A DNA stretch of 64,000 nucleotides from Octopus vulgaris (GCA_951406725.2 OX597823.1:5456001-5520000), one strand, 5' to 3'. Positions 36,665 through 49,850 are shown, counted from the stretch's first letter. Numbers and translations: made by a program. Notes: generated by a model from the sequence alone, not told the origin.

Positions 36665-39410
36665 ATTATTTTAACTCAGGTTTTGTTGGAACTCCTGAGA
36701 TCTTGCATGAGTAGCAGGTTTGCTACCTGCATCCTATGGTACCATGCTATTTGTTCTCTTCAACTATCAAAAACTTTCCTTATTATTATTATTTCTTTTC
36801 TGTTTATTGAAACAAAGCTCAGATTTGGTCTTATTCTTGGTAGGAATTATGTGGGTAATGGGTTACTACCTGCAACCTTAGGTATCCACACGTTTTCAGC
36901 AGTTTTTCAAGTGCTTAGAACACTCCTGATAATCCTTGTTGTCCCTAACAGGTAAACTTTCTGTAGCAGCTCTACCAGGCATTCTATTTCAATCTCCTTC
37001 AGCCATTTATCTATGTTGTGATTTACTGTCCCCAATGCACCAATGAAACAAAGCTCAGATTTGGTCTTATTCCTGGTAGGAATCTTACATTTCTCTGACT
37101 TTAGTATTTTCTTTTTTTTTTTACTTGATGATTTTACCATGTGTTTCCAGCTTCGAATCATGTGTTTCTGGTACAGTTTCCAGTGTAAAACTCTTATAAC
37201 CTGGCCATGCCTCCATTTCTTATATTCTTCCCATGCTTACTCAGGGCATTCTTCCACAATTTGTGCCACTGTCTCATTCCAAGTTCCACAGACTCTACAT
37301 TTTTCTGACACATTCTTTCCATATATATTTTTTCTCAAGCTGTTTTTATCACTTGATCTTGGGCTGCTACTTTTTTTTTAATTGTCCCTTTTTTAACCAA
37401 CACCAGGATTTTGTTCCACCTACATCTTCAGTGACTCTCCAAAGTTGGCCATGCTGAGATTTCTCTTCAATCCGTCTGATGTACTCTCTTTGTATTTCAT
37501 TCTTATCCTTTTCTCCTATTATGCACTTCCTCACCTGTTCTTTCTTAACTGCCTTTAGGAGTTTTTCTGTGCTGCTCTGCAAATACTCTACTAGACTTTT
37601 TCTTTCCATTAGTGGTAAACAGGTTATAGGTCGAAAATTTGATGCCAAATTCCCTTTCAAGGAATCCTTAAGGCATAGCAGCATTCATCCACTTGTCATC
37701 CAGGCAGAGATGTGACCTTGCTGCAGGCAGTCAACCAGTTGCACAGCAATCAATTCATGCAACTGTGTAAAGTTCTTCAGCCAATAGCTTTGTACTCCAT
37801 CTGGGCCTGGTCCTTTCCAATTTGCTATTTTTCTAACTTCTGTCTCACTGCATATAGATTAATTCTGATGTCATTTTGTTTTGGTACAGTTTCAAGTTGT
37901 CTTTCCACTTTTGTTAGCCACTCCACGCTTTCTTTATTCTTGCTGGTCTGTTCCACAGACTTCACCTTAATTCTTTACTTTCTCCTGCATCTGGAGTCAG
38001 TTCCTGGTGTTGGCCACCCTCCATTTCCTCAAATAGACACCTTCTATTTGATTGGAACAGTCTATTATGTTTTAAACTTTTACATCTAGCTTCATATCTT
38101 TTTAACATGGCCTTTAATGCTGTCACTTTTTGTATCAATTCCTCAAGTACTGTTTGTTTTCCCCTTTCTTCTAAACTGTACTGTCCATTCAATTTTCTGA
38201 TTACTAACTTATTCTTGAGCTCTCCTCTCATTATCCTATTCAACTGCCCCAGTTCTTTCTGTTTTTTATCTGTCTTTATTTGTATTTTCTTCCTCCAGTT
38301 TGGTTCTTTGTTTTCACTTGCTTTTATATCTTCAATTTTTTGCTTGTAGCCTACTATGTTAGCTACGACATTAGCAGCAGCTATGATCAGCTGGTTCATT
38401 TCACTGATGTTTTCTGCTTTGATCATGATTAAAATGTCATTTACTTTGCCTGTGGTTTTCCTCACCTGTTTTCTGTCCATATATCTTATATTTGGTGACA
38501 TTTCATTGTTCCCATCAGTCATTTTACCTTGCAACATTTCTGAAATCTCCTTCTCTTCATCATTCAAGTCTTGTGCAGTACTTACTGTCACTTGTCTATC
38601 TAGGTCATCTTCATTAGTTACTTTACTGGTACTCTGCAGTTTCCATCTGTTTCATATTCTCCATCTCTTATCCCTTCATTTCCACTTTCTGCTACTGCTG
38701 TTTCACTCTTTTTTTATTAAGCTTCTCTGAATTTCTTCACTCTCTACTCCCATAATCCAGTCATTCCTATGGATTGCTTTAGCATGGTCTATTAGTCACT
38801 GGGCAGATGCTTCAAAACCTCATTTTTCATTTGATTCATGAAGCTTCTTTTAATTGGCTCACTTCTCAGCCAGTATTGTATTAGTATTTTGTTTACTTCT
38901 TTTTCCTTTTCTTTTGCATTTTTGACTGTGATTTCGGTCCTGACCAATAGCTTGATGACGATCTGCTGGAACTGGATCAGATACTCCCTGCCTGCCATGT
39001 GCAACACCTTCACTGTTAACAGTTCTGATCCTGATAGCGCAGTTATGGTTATTATTTAATTTTGACATCACTCATTTACAGGTAGCATTTGTAAGGTTGT
39101 GCAATCACCAGTATTTTTATTGTGACACCATCACAAGGTGGATTGCTAGCTAAGGCTCTGAGAGTCCACACCTACTCTCCTGTACACTATTTATAATGCC
39201 AGTCTTGTTCAATCCATTGTTCTATATCTTTGTATTTGACATTTTTACTCCTGAGAATTTTGGTATTGAGTGGCAAACCCATTAGTGTTTTTATTAAGTC
39301 ACCTCTGCCCCCTTTTCCCATGAGACAGGCTTAACCCCACCAGATGCCAACATGGTATTTCTAGATCTCGGAGAGGGCTTACAGGTACTATAATTTGCCC
39401 AACGGTGACC
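36665..39410 (-). mobile_element. Dong/R4-like LINE, long copy with the RT core deleted
   Basis: N-terminal ORF 37962..38591; GPDG..YW-like and ASNFRPITCLP fused directly to the C-terminal SLVEY..; W.WLKKG.L; CRVC...ETVAQIVEECP; ELLQKVYLLGT. Bracketed by (ATT)n at 36562 and 39411. Confidence 0.8.
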
Positions 39411-39689
39411 TTATTATTATTATTATTATTATTACTTTTCTTCTTCTTTCAATTTTGTTCCCATTTCTTGCTGAGTGTTTTCATAACACCTAGGGCAAAG
39501 AAACTCGCTTATACATTGGTAGGCCATTAAAATAAACACACCATATTGTTCATTTACAAAGTCAAGATATGTGATAGAAAAATGGGAAAAAAAAGAAAGA
39601 AAAAAAAGGAAAAAGGTAAACAAAATATAAAAATAGAAAAATGAAAGAAGAAAACAAAGAAAAAAGTGGAAAAAAGGGAAAGAAAATTT

Positions 39690-41200
39690 GCAGTGACAAT
39701 GCTCTTCTCAATACATGACATACCAGCTAAAGCAATCTTTTGACTTCATGCATAGATGGTAAGCCAGGGATCATTCTCAAATAATTTTGAGTTCCTCTTT
39801 TTCGATCATTCCAAGTGTTCCTACAATCGTTGTTATTGTAACTGTCTTGAGATGCCACATTCTTTTTTTTATTTCAATCAGCAAATCTTTATATTTTCTG
39901 AGTTTGTCAAATTCTTTTGCCAAGATACCATGATTATGTCAATCAATAAAGAGACTTTATTGTTTTGTTCTTTCACAACAATATCTGGTTTATTAGCTTC
40001 CATGACTGTCTGTATGTACTGGAAAGTCCCAAAGAATTGTTACATTTTCTCCCTTAGTTACAGCTTCATAGTAGTGCTTATACCATTTATCAGCAGGTCT
40101 GATTTTATATACTAACCAGTGTAGATGTTGGCTAACACTGTCATGTCTTGATTTATACTCTACAGGTGCTAAAACTTTGCATCCAGAGGTCAGGTGGTTC
40201 ATTGCTTCAATCTCATCATTGCAGTATCGGCACTCCATTTTTCATCACATTGGCTTGGAAGTTCCAGGTCAACAAGCTCTGATCTTGAGAAGCTAAGATG
40301 AAGCCTTTGCTCTCTGCCTTTAGCCCTGAGCTCTCCTTAGGGGTGTGTTTCTGGTTTACATCAGCTTGTTTGCTAAGGGGCCACATATTTGCCATGTAGA
40401 AGGTTTTGTTCCCACCTATCAGCCAATTATTCATACACTTTTTACTTTGCCATTAATTTCAACTTTTTGCTGCACCTCCATCATTCTGTTCAATCTGCAT
40501 ATTATGCATGACCTCACCAGCACATCTTTTGCTCTCCTTCGTGAGAGAATGAAGCTTCTTATGCCTCTTGAGATTTTCAATGAGTTTTAGCATCCAATCA
40601 TTAGATGTTTCAAGATATTTGGCCAGTCCAATTGTGGTGGTTTTGTAAAAGATTTCAAATTGGATCAGGCCACAACCTTTTGTGTCTGCCTTATTGCAAG
40701 TCAGCAGCTTATGAATCTTCCTGTCAATTCTCTTTATTTTTGCTGATATTCCATTTCAACACACTGAAGCTATAAATAAAAACTGAAACTGCTAAGGAAT
40801 TTATGGCTAACATCTTATGTGCATTTAGCTCAAATTTCAGGACTGCTTGAACTCTCCTGTAACACCCCTTCCTGATCTTCTCTTTCATGCTTGCATGCTG
40901 AATACCAGAGCCTTTATTTATTCTGAGGTATTTGTAAGTTTGTTCCCATTCAAGTTCTTTTATAACTGTGTCAATATCTAGCATGACTGAACTTAAGGTC
41001 TTCAATTTCCTTTTCTGAAAAGTTGCCTTGGCACATTTATCAAGACCAAATTCCATCCCAATGTCATCACTGAATGCTTTCATAGTACATAATAGGCTTT
41101 CAGGCTCATTATTGTCTTTGCTATAGAGTTTTAAGTCATCCATATAAAATAGATGGCTTATTTTCTTATTGTCAATTTTATACCCATACACTGTTCTGTT
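39690..41200 (-). mobile_element. Dong/R4-like LINE fragment with RT C-terminus
   Basis: ISHLFYMDDLKLY, IGMEFGLDKC, YKYL; GLKAESKGFILASQDQ; CRYC..EIEAMNHLTSGC; YKSRHD; NKPDIVV. Confidence 0.85.
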
Positions 41201-41279
41201 AAGGAGTGGCTATGCAATATTATCTTATAATAATTCTGCTTGTCATTGAGTTACTTAGCCCATCAGTAATGCTTTCACG

Positions 41280-41700
41280 TGATTAGAGAAAAAGAGGGAG
41301 AAAGAAAAGAGGAAGAGAGAAAAAGAAGGAGGGAGGAAAAGAAGGAGGGACAAAAAGTGGAAGAGAGAAGCATCCATGTTGTGAGGTAGAGGGAATGTAA
41401 TTGTATCACTTTCATGTGATTAGTTGAAGGGAAAGGGAGGAGAAAGAAAAAGAAGAGCAAAAAGAGGATAAGGCAAAGAGTGAGACAGAAAGTGGGAGAT
41501 TGAAAGAGAGAGAGAGAAAAAGAGGGAGAGAGAAGTGTCCATGATGTGAGGTAGGAGGAATGTAATAATTTTAGCAGAAGGGTGATGTTATGATGGTGAG
41601 GTTAAAGTAAGGCAGAGAAAAAGAGGGGAGAGAGAGAGGGGGAGAGGGAAAGAGAGAGGGAGAGAGAGAGAGAGATGATGATGGTGATGGAGGTCGTGGT
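41280..41700. repeat. GA-rich low-complexity tract with a short internal duplication
   Basis: GAGAGAAG..TCCATG.TGTGAGGTAG.GGAATGTAAT occurs twice (~41363, ~41528). Confidence 0.8.
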
Positions 41701-44179
41701 AGTGATGATTGGATAGTGAAAAGTATTTTTTTAATACTTGAAGTAAGTTTTTTATATCACCTATAGCTTATCACATGTGCATTAGAGCAATTCCGTGAAA
41801 TATTCATGTTTATTTATGCATCGGATATATGCAATTTAAATAAAGGTTGTATCAAAGTTTTCAGAAAAAAACCCAATAGATTTACATCATAGAGAGAGCA
41901 GGGTATAAAGAGAAAAAGAGAGATAGAAAGAGAGTTAATAAATAAAAGGCACAGGAAGAGTCCACATACTAGGGCCAGTAGCATACAATGAGTAAAGGAA
42001 TGCTAGATACATGCGCACACAGTCTCACAGTGAGAAAGAAAGGATCAAAGACGGAGGAGGAAGAGGATGAGGAAGAAGAGAAGGAAGAAGTGGAGGAAAT
42101 GACAGAATAGTTATGGAAAGAGTTATACAAATGAGTAATTTGTTTTATGTAATTTTATTTTAAAGTAATAAATATTTTTCTTTAAAAAATTAGCATTCAT
42201 TTCATAATTTTATATAAATACAAATAAATATGATAAAAGCTACATTATAATTATTGAATTTAAGCCACATTTCCTGATATTGCCTATAGTGTCAAAAGTA
42301 TACTTTGAAAGTTACCCATCATATGAGAGGTAACACTCTAATCTGGTAATATTGGTGGTCAAAATGTTTTGTCATTACATTGACTTATGTGTAAAACGCC
42401 CTTTGATGATGATCAACTTGGCAGCATTTTTTTTTTGTAGTGTATTTAATTTTGTTGAATTATAGTAAGGGAATATTGAGATAGTTTTAATAAAAGGAAG
42501 AGGGCCATAGTTAAAAGCATTTGAGAAGATCTGTAATACTCTGTCTCACTTGGTACAGAAGTTCCATTGTAGATCTCACCAAAAGATAATGAATTTGCAG
42601 CATTGTTAGAGCTTTGGAAAAAAACTGCATTGCAGTATTTGTTCCAGCTCTTTCAATTGAGTCCAAATCCTACCCAAGTCAACTTTGTATTTCATCCTTT
42701 CAGAATTGATAAAATAAAATACTATCAAGTACTTAGGGCAACTAATCAATTACCAACAAAATTGTTTGACTTGTGCTTTAATCAGAAATAATTTGTGGGT
42801 TGCACTTGAGGTTTGTTAACAGACAGCAGTTGTTTGTGGCTGAGGTATTATCTGAAAATTTTTCAGTATAGCTTTTGCTATGTTATGGATACAAGATCAC
42901 TAAGAGAGAAAGATCATTAATGATTGTGAAGCCTAGCACTTGAAATTACTTTGAGGTATTTCATTAATGACTTGAGACAATGAGATGAAAGATTGTCTTC
43001 ATTCACATGTGTATTAACCGACTCTTTTATTGCTGTTGAATATGATAATGTAATCATGCGGTGGAATTGCAGTAATTTAGGGCATTTTTCAGGAAAGTTA
43101 CATCATCTTATGTTATTTTTTCACTTAAACTAGCAGTCAACACATCTTTTCATATCTCCATGACTATGTTGTTAGATATATCCTTTCTCCTTTAAGTGGT
43201 AGAGTGCAATTTGAGGAGATGTAGCTGCAATTTCTAACAGGTTGTGATGTCACAGACACTGCCTCATTGGCCTTATCGTTCTAGTAGGTTGTTGGGATGG
43301 GTATTTAAGATGATTATTGGTATTTCTTTAGGAATAACCACCACCAATAAATTACCTACTTCCAAATGATTGACAAACTCAGATTAAACAACTTCACTAT
43401 GCTACAGTGAACCAGATTAAACTACACCAAAAAGGTTTTATTGAATTTAGTGTGAACAATGGATTAACAACTCATTACATTCATTAATTATTCCAAACTT
43501 ACAGCCTAAGACTTCGGGTGTTTCCCTGCAGCATAAATTACAACTGCCTCCACCCCTTTATATGGAAATGCTGTCCATATAATTGACTACAAAATCTGAC
43601 ACTGTAGTACAGAAATAGCAGTATTCTTTATTGGGTGTTTGGTATTGGTAACTCAAAAGGTAATTACACATACTTGGTTCATTGGGTAATGAAGAATTAT
43701 TGGTTATATTGTTACTAAAGCTATTAGTAGGAAGAGGCACAGAATCAATTGTAATATTCATGTTAGATCAAGATGTATTATAAAAGATGAGTAAGAAATG
43801 GACAAGATATTAGATAATCAGAATCCTGCATGTAATTTCTAATGTTGTTTAATAATTAGTTAATTATTAATAGTAGCTATATCATCCGCTACATTAGGAA
43901 TGATAGGGTACTCATGAAGATAAAAATACACTTCCTTAGTTACCCATCATCAGACTGAGGATGCCTGATAAGTTGGAACTTCAAAGTCATTGTCACCCTT
44001 TTTCCCTCGAAAATTAATAATTATGTACCCTATTAAAAAGTATTGAGTAATCCTTACGATTAATGTTAAATTGTTTATATATATAACCTGATATAAAAAC
44101 CAACATTAATGTGTGTGTGTCTGTGTGTATGTGTGTGTGTGTAAACGGAGATGCTTCACTGTCTGGGACGTGTATTAAA

Positions 44180-44960
44180 AAGATATGGTCACCTTAGAAA
44201 ATGAAGATGGTGCAAAAGAGAGAAAGATAATAATACATGAAGAAATCGAAAATAGTCATGATATAGAGGTGCGTGAAGGAGAAAAAGTCAATGAAAAAGA
44301 CAGACTGTATGAAGATGGGGTGGAGCTGATAGTATTGGCAGTGGGAAGGATAAACAAGATAGAACTAAAAAAAAAAGGCAAGAAAAAATGAAACATGAAT
44401 GAATCTGTGAGGATAAAGAAGAAAGTTTGAGGAGAAAGGTGACGAGAGGGAAAAAGTAGGAGAAGCAAGATAGTATTAAGAAAGTTATAAAAATAAATAT
44501 GAAGAAGAAAATAAGATTATAGAAGAGTTAGGGAGGGGAGAGAAAGAAGAGAGATGGAGTTTGAGGAGACAGGTGAGAAAAAGGAGAACTAATGGAGAGT
44601 GGGAGACAGAATGAGTGAAGAGAGACAGAAGAGAATAGAATTAACAGAGAACTGGAAGAATAGGAGGAAAGAAAGAGTAAGTGATACTGAGAAGGATGTA
44701 GAGGAGAGGAAGGAGAGGTGGAAGAGGAAGGAGTGGTGGAAGAGGAAGGAGAGGTGGAAGAGGGAGCGAGAAAGACGGAGAAAACAGGATTCGTTCAGAA
44801 ATGGGAGAATATGAGAAAATGAAAGAGAGAAGAGGAAGAAAAGGAGGAGTGAGAAAGATGGAAAAGAAAAGAAAGGAAAGAAACGAACGAGTAGAGAAAA
44901 GCTAGAAGAGAATATTAAGGAAGACGGACAGCGAAGATAGAAAGAGAGAAAGAAGTAGGC
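44180..44960. repeat. Purine-rich (GA/GAA/GGA) low-complexity region
   Basis: Direct reading; gives spurious E/K/R-rich and F/S/L-rich ORFs. Confidence 0.85.
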
Positions 44961-45376
44961 AACAGATTGAGACATGAAGAGTTGCTGTTTTGCTCCAAGT
45001 CGACCCAAACAGAGAAGACCTATAGTTAAAAGGGTATCAGCTGTAATCGTATCTTCCTTTATTTTTCTTCTTCAGAGATAGTTTATCTAAGACCACATTA
45101 ATCAATATGTTCTGTTTTTAAAACAGTAGAATTTCATTTGAGAGGGATTTGGCTATTACCTTTAGGAAATCGATCGACCATGTTGCGGTTCCACTCCTTT
45201 GTCTCAGAGGAAGTTAAAAGTTTGTTGCTGTTTGTTTACTCTCCAAGTCGACCCTCATCGAAGATTCACTGGGCGTGCCTTCCTCGTCTTGGATTCCATA
45301 TCATTCTTCCTTTACTCAAACAATAATGTGGTTCGAAGGAGATTTGGTTGTTATTTCTAGCAGGTGTCATCGACCG

Positions 45377-45424
45377 TATAGAAACCTACTTGTTGGCATA
45401 TGTGCCAACAAGTAGGTTTCTATA
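45377..45424. repeat. Perfect 22-bp inverted repeat with a 4-nt loop
   Basis: TATAGAAACCTACTTGTTGGCA-TATG-TGCCAACAAGTAGGTTTCTATA. Confidence 0.95.
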
Positions 45425-48400
45425 AAGGGTAAATTTTTTGAGTAACACCTGCATGATTTTCACTAAGGAAAAAAAAACAAAACAACTCGGACTTTTTGCG
45501 TGGAATCAAGTACCCTGACCTCTTAATATGCTGCAAATCCCTTATTTTGGTTCGGAAAAGGGGGGGACATCCGAGTTTTTTTTTGGGGGGGGGGGTGAAA
45601 ATCGTGCGGGTATTATTCAAAAAATTTACCGAAATAAGCATTCAGTTGTTGCTTTAATTGTTTTTGTTTAGTACTGGGTCAACTCTAATCAATTCAAAGC
45701 TGTGACCATCCTCCCGCGTTTTTTTAGGGAATTTAGGGATACATTATTTAATATAACCCTTTTGAAGACGGTTGTGCTTTGAGGAAGATTGTGACTGCTA
45801 TTTCCAAACCAATAGAACGGCCTCGGTGGTTCCTACGTGCACAAGATGCAGGGAAATGAATTAGGTGAGGGCGGGAGACGATGAAATATAAAAGAAACGA
45901 CTGCAGGAACAGTGCGAGAAAGCAAGTTGACATGTAAGAGGTATGTTTATGAGCAGAAAAGCGAACGAAGAAACAATAAAACAGCAGCAGAAACGCTGTA
46001 TGTGTGTCAGTATATCATGTCGAACAGCAGTTCTTGTTGAAGTTAGGAATTTAAAACAGCAACTTACTTAAATTGCACACGTGGGTTTATAATATATGTA
46101 CGAGTATCAATTATATACGATTTATATACGCACTGGGCGAAAAGATAGGCCTGGATATGAAATAGTTCGTTAAAAAAATTCCGATTTAAACAAATAATGG
46201 TTAAAAATAATTCATCGGAAATAGTAAACATTTCTTCATTGTTTAAACTTCATTAACCAGGGAACAAACTCGGTACCTGGCAATATTCTAAAATCGCTTT
46301 ATTTAAAAACACAGCTGGTTCTTGTGAAATAGTTTGCAATAATAATAGAGAAAAAGAAAAATACATATTTCGTTTAATAATGATTACGAAATTATTTTAT
46401 CGGAAATATTAAAACATTCTGTTTAATCATTTATAATTTGCACTTAATTACAAACTGGTTGTGTAAAACAAAAAAAAAAAAAAACTTGTGTCATCGACTT
46501 AAACTGGGAACGAACTCGGCACCTAGCAGCTAACTAAATTCGCTTCATTACAACATATGGCTGGTTATCTTTAACGCTTTCATTTATCTGATTTTTGAAC
46601 TGTGAGTATTTTTTTAATTTATATTATTTTAAAATTGTTTTCGATGGTTGCTGCTGCTTGTGTTTGATACTGAAGTCGTAGTGGTCGGTCACGTTTATTT
46701 GACAATGAGCTTTAAGAATAGGAAAGAAAGAAAAAGCTACTTGAAGTAGAGAGAAAAACAATTGGGTCCGAGTAAAATGTGTTTGTGATTATAAACTTAA
46801 CTATACATTTTCTCTAACATATTTTTTCTACCATATTGCGAACTTATACAATACGGATTAAACATTTCTCAGTGAAGGTATGGAATTTATTTAAATATAT
46901 CTTCGTGTATTTATTTATCAAGAGATATTTGTTGGAGTTAGATGTTTACATTTAACGATTGATGGATTTTAAAACTGGTTGGGAGTACTGGAGGAGAAAG
47001 AGTTCACACATAATTGGACATTCTCAGTGGCAAGTACTTGTTACGTTTATCGTTTGCTCTTTCGTTCCCATCAAACTACTTTTCTCTTTCGTTTCTTGTA
47101 TATGAAATCTCCCATTTAGATCCGCTTCAATTTCTTCGCAGCATTTTTTTTATCAACACATACAAATAAACAAACAGTTAATAAGTAGGAAGTGGTTATT
47201 TTGTGTTCGTTATAAAATGCTAGAAACACACCCACGAATAGAATGTGTGTGTGTATGTATGTACATGTTTTCACACACACACACTGGCACACGCATACTC
47301 CCGCTCAATTATACTGTGTACTGAAGCACTATATATATATATATGTGTGTGTGAGCTTTTTTTTTATCTAGCAACTACAAAGTTATTTTAAAAGCAAAAC
47401 ACGCAGTATTAACCAGCCATTCTTTTGTAACAACTTTTCGTTTGTCTATCTCGTAAACATCTAGTGTGTTACTAAGTTGAGAACACAGATTTAGTGGTAT
47501 GACGGTTTGACGTCTATTTTTAGCATACAAGGGATCCATATAGTGATCTTTCATACGTTGTATCATATGGATATTGTGATATGTGTGTGTTAAGGAATTA
47601 GTGACTCGGGGATCTAGAGTTTCGCGCCAAGATACCAAAGTCTTCAGAATTTAAAAAAAACTTTTCCTCGTTTGTAAAATCGAACTTGTGTATAGTTTTA
47701 CACTCAAATACACATAAATACGTGTACGTGCTCACACAATCGCACACATGCATACACGCGTACAAATACACACACACATATACGTACACACATGCTCTCT
47801 TATACCTCTACATATACATAACTTCAACAGTCAGCTGTGGGACAACTTTCGATACTGCACATCAAAGTGGGGAAGGGCAATCCTTCGGTATTGGTGGACA
47901 CCTTTCACCCACACGACCTTTCTTCGTGACATAAAAAGACTCGGTGAGCCAATTGGTAACGGCATACGATTTTCTTTTATTGGATGGGGTACTTACTCGG
48001 TGCCGCCCAAAAGCATGGGCACACTGAGTAGTTACTAGGGAGGAAGGGGAACGGGTCACAGAATCTTGTGCTAGTCTATGTTGTAATTTACTGCCAGTAA
48101 GTAAATACTATAGGCTACCTGCGCATTGCTTTGTCCGTTCGGTTACATTACAGTAGAAACGGTCCTGGGGTTGCTCACCAACTTCTTACAGACTCATACC
48201 ATTCCACAGATCTCACTTTAAAGGTGAAATCCATGGTTTTCGTGAGGGTTTTTGATGTGTTTTTAAACAAATCTGATAATCAAAACCGTCAGAAATCTCT
48301 CGTTCTTTAAAAATTTACACATACGTCTACTGATTTGCTGTGTGTGTGTGTTGAGGGGTGGGGGAGGAAATAACAATAACAACTAAGATTAATAATAGCA

Positions 48401-48764
48401 GTATCCCATCGTTCAGTCTAAATATCGATTATTTTAATTAATTATTCCCAAATTGAATGTAGCTAATTTAGTTTGAATTTAAATGAGCAGATGTCTTTTA
48501 TTGAATTTCATTTTACTGTATCACTTTATGAACTTAGGAATTAGTTAATTGTGTCAGGAATTGAACATAATGTATTTGCCGGCGTTTAAGAGGCACCCCT
48601 ATTTTATATGTTTATGTTATTGAAAAAACAAACTTAGTATGTGTCATCATAGACTCACTATACCAAGTTGAATCAAAAGTTTTTTCGTATTTCAAGCTGT
48701 AATTAATAGTTCAGACAAATTTCATACGAACAGCGTTTATTCATCAGAATATATCCCATCATAT

Positions 48765-48978
48765 TCTTTTCTACTCTAGGCATAAGGCCCGAAATTTTTA
48801 GGGAGGGGGCAGTCGATTAGATCGACTCCACTACGTAACTGGTACTTAATTCATCGACCTCGAAAGGATGAAAGGCAAAGTCGACATCGACGGAATTTGA
48901 ACTCAGAACATAAAGACAGACGAAATACTGCTAAGCCTTTCGCCCGGCATTCTAACGTTTTTGCCAGCTCGCCGCCTT
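48765..48978 (-). mobile_element. tRNA-derived SINE, well preserved (CpG intact)
   Basis: Minus strand GGCGGCGAGCTGGCAAAAACGTTAG...GAGTTCAAATTCC (B box)...GTCGACTTTGCCTTTCATCCTTTCGAGGTCGAT. Confidence 0.85.
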
Positions 48979-48984
48979 TATATC

Positions 48985-49850
48985 CCATCTTATTCTATTG
49001 TTTATTGCCATCGTTGTGTCCGAACAGAAACTCAATTCCAGGTTTAGAACCATTTTCTGGTTTAATGGCAAAAAACTCCCTACATCAATTTTGACCTCAC
49101 CCACATTGTTGAACCTCTGTCCGGAGCCATGGCTCGGGAAAGATTGCAATCTGATGGTGTAAGCAGGGCGAGGCAGCACTTTCCAAGTGCTGCCTCAAGT
49201 TTGCGCTTGGTCTCATTTGTAGTGTGTGCTGAGGCACCTAACACCCAACATGACCTTCTGTTCAAACCGCCCTTGTTTGACAACAGGTTCTAAAGCCCGA
49301 CCGAAACGAAGTCACTGATTTCTCTTATTAGGATTACGAAAATATTCATTTTCATCCCCAGTTACAATGTGACGTCCAAAAACGGGCGTCTCGTGAATTT
49401 GTCAGCACTTGCTAGCAAATGTTCACACGTTGTTGAACATGTCATTGGTCAGTTCATGAGGAGTCTCGACAGCGTGTGTTTACCAGGCTAAGCTTATGGA
49501 GGTGTCGATTGATTGTGCTTTGTGAAGGACCAAGCTCTTTACGAGTGTTTGTGCTTGGCTGTTCAACTATTTCAACAAGACCTCGTCTTCCATAACACTT
49601 TTCTCTGGCCTTGGTTTGGTTTCGAGGCTGGTGTCATACGTTTGCTGATAGTACTTGGGCCTTCCATATTAATTTCTTTTGCCACTACCCTTGCATTCAG
49701 TCCTTTTTTCCCTCAATTACAGCGTAAAATGGTTCTAATTGCAATTTCTTCACCACTCATTATCAAAGCTGCAAAATAAATAATGCTTATGTTTATATGA
49801 AAATAAAGAATAAACAATTCTGCATCAATTGGATAAGTTATATCAAATTA
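48985..49850 (-). mobile_element. mariner transposase relic
   Basis: Minus-strand pieces IRTIL...AKEIN, STINRHLHKL, HIVTGDEK and (AP)SDCNL (YSPDLAPSD-like), F..V.EVK; many frameshifts. Confidence 0.75.

Noticed and set aside
43950-43995. Hammerhead-like CTGAGGA-TGCC...GGAAC-TTCAAAG-TC
   Set aside because: GAAA is mutated and stems I and II do not pair; at best a dead PLE remnant.
44185-45008. Charged or hydrophobic ORFs suggesting coiled-coil or membrane proteins
   Set aside because: Purine-rich low-complexity DNA.
48890-48978. tRNA gene (A/B-box-like motifs)
   Set aside because: SINE head; no cloverleaf; many dispersed degenerate copies in the window.
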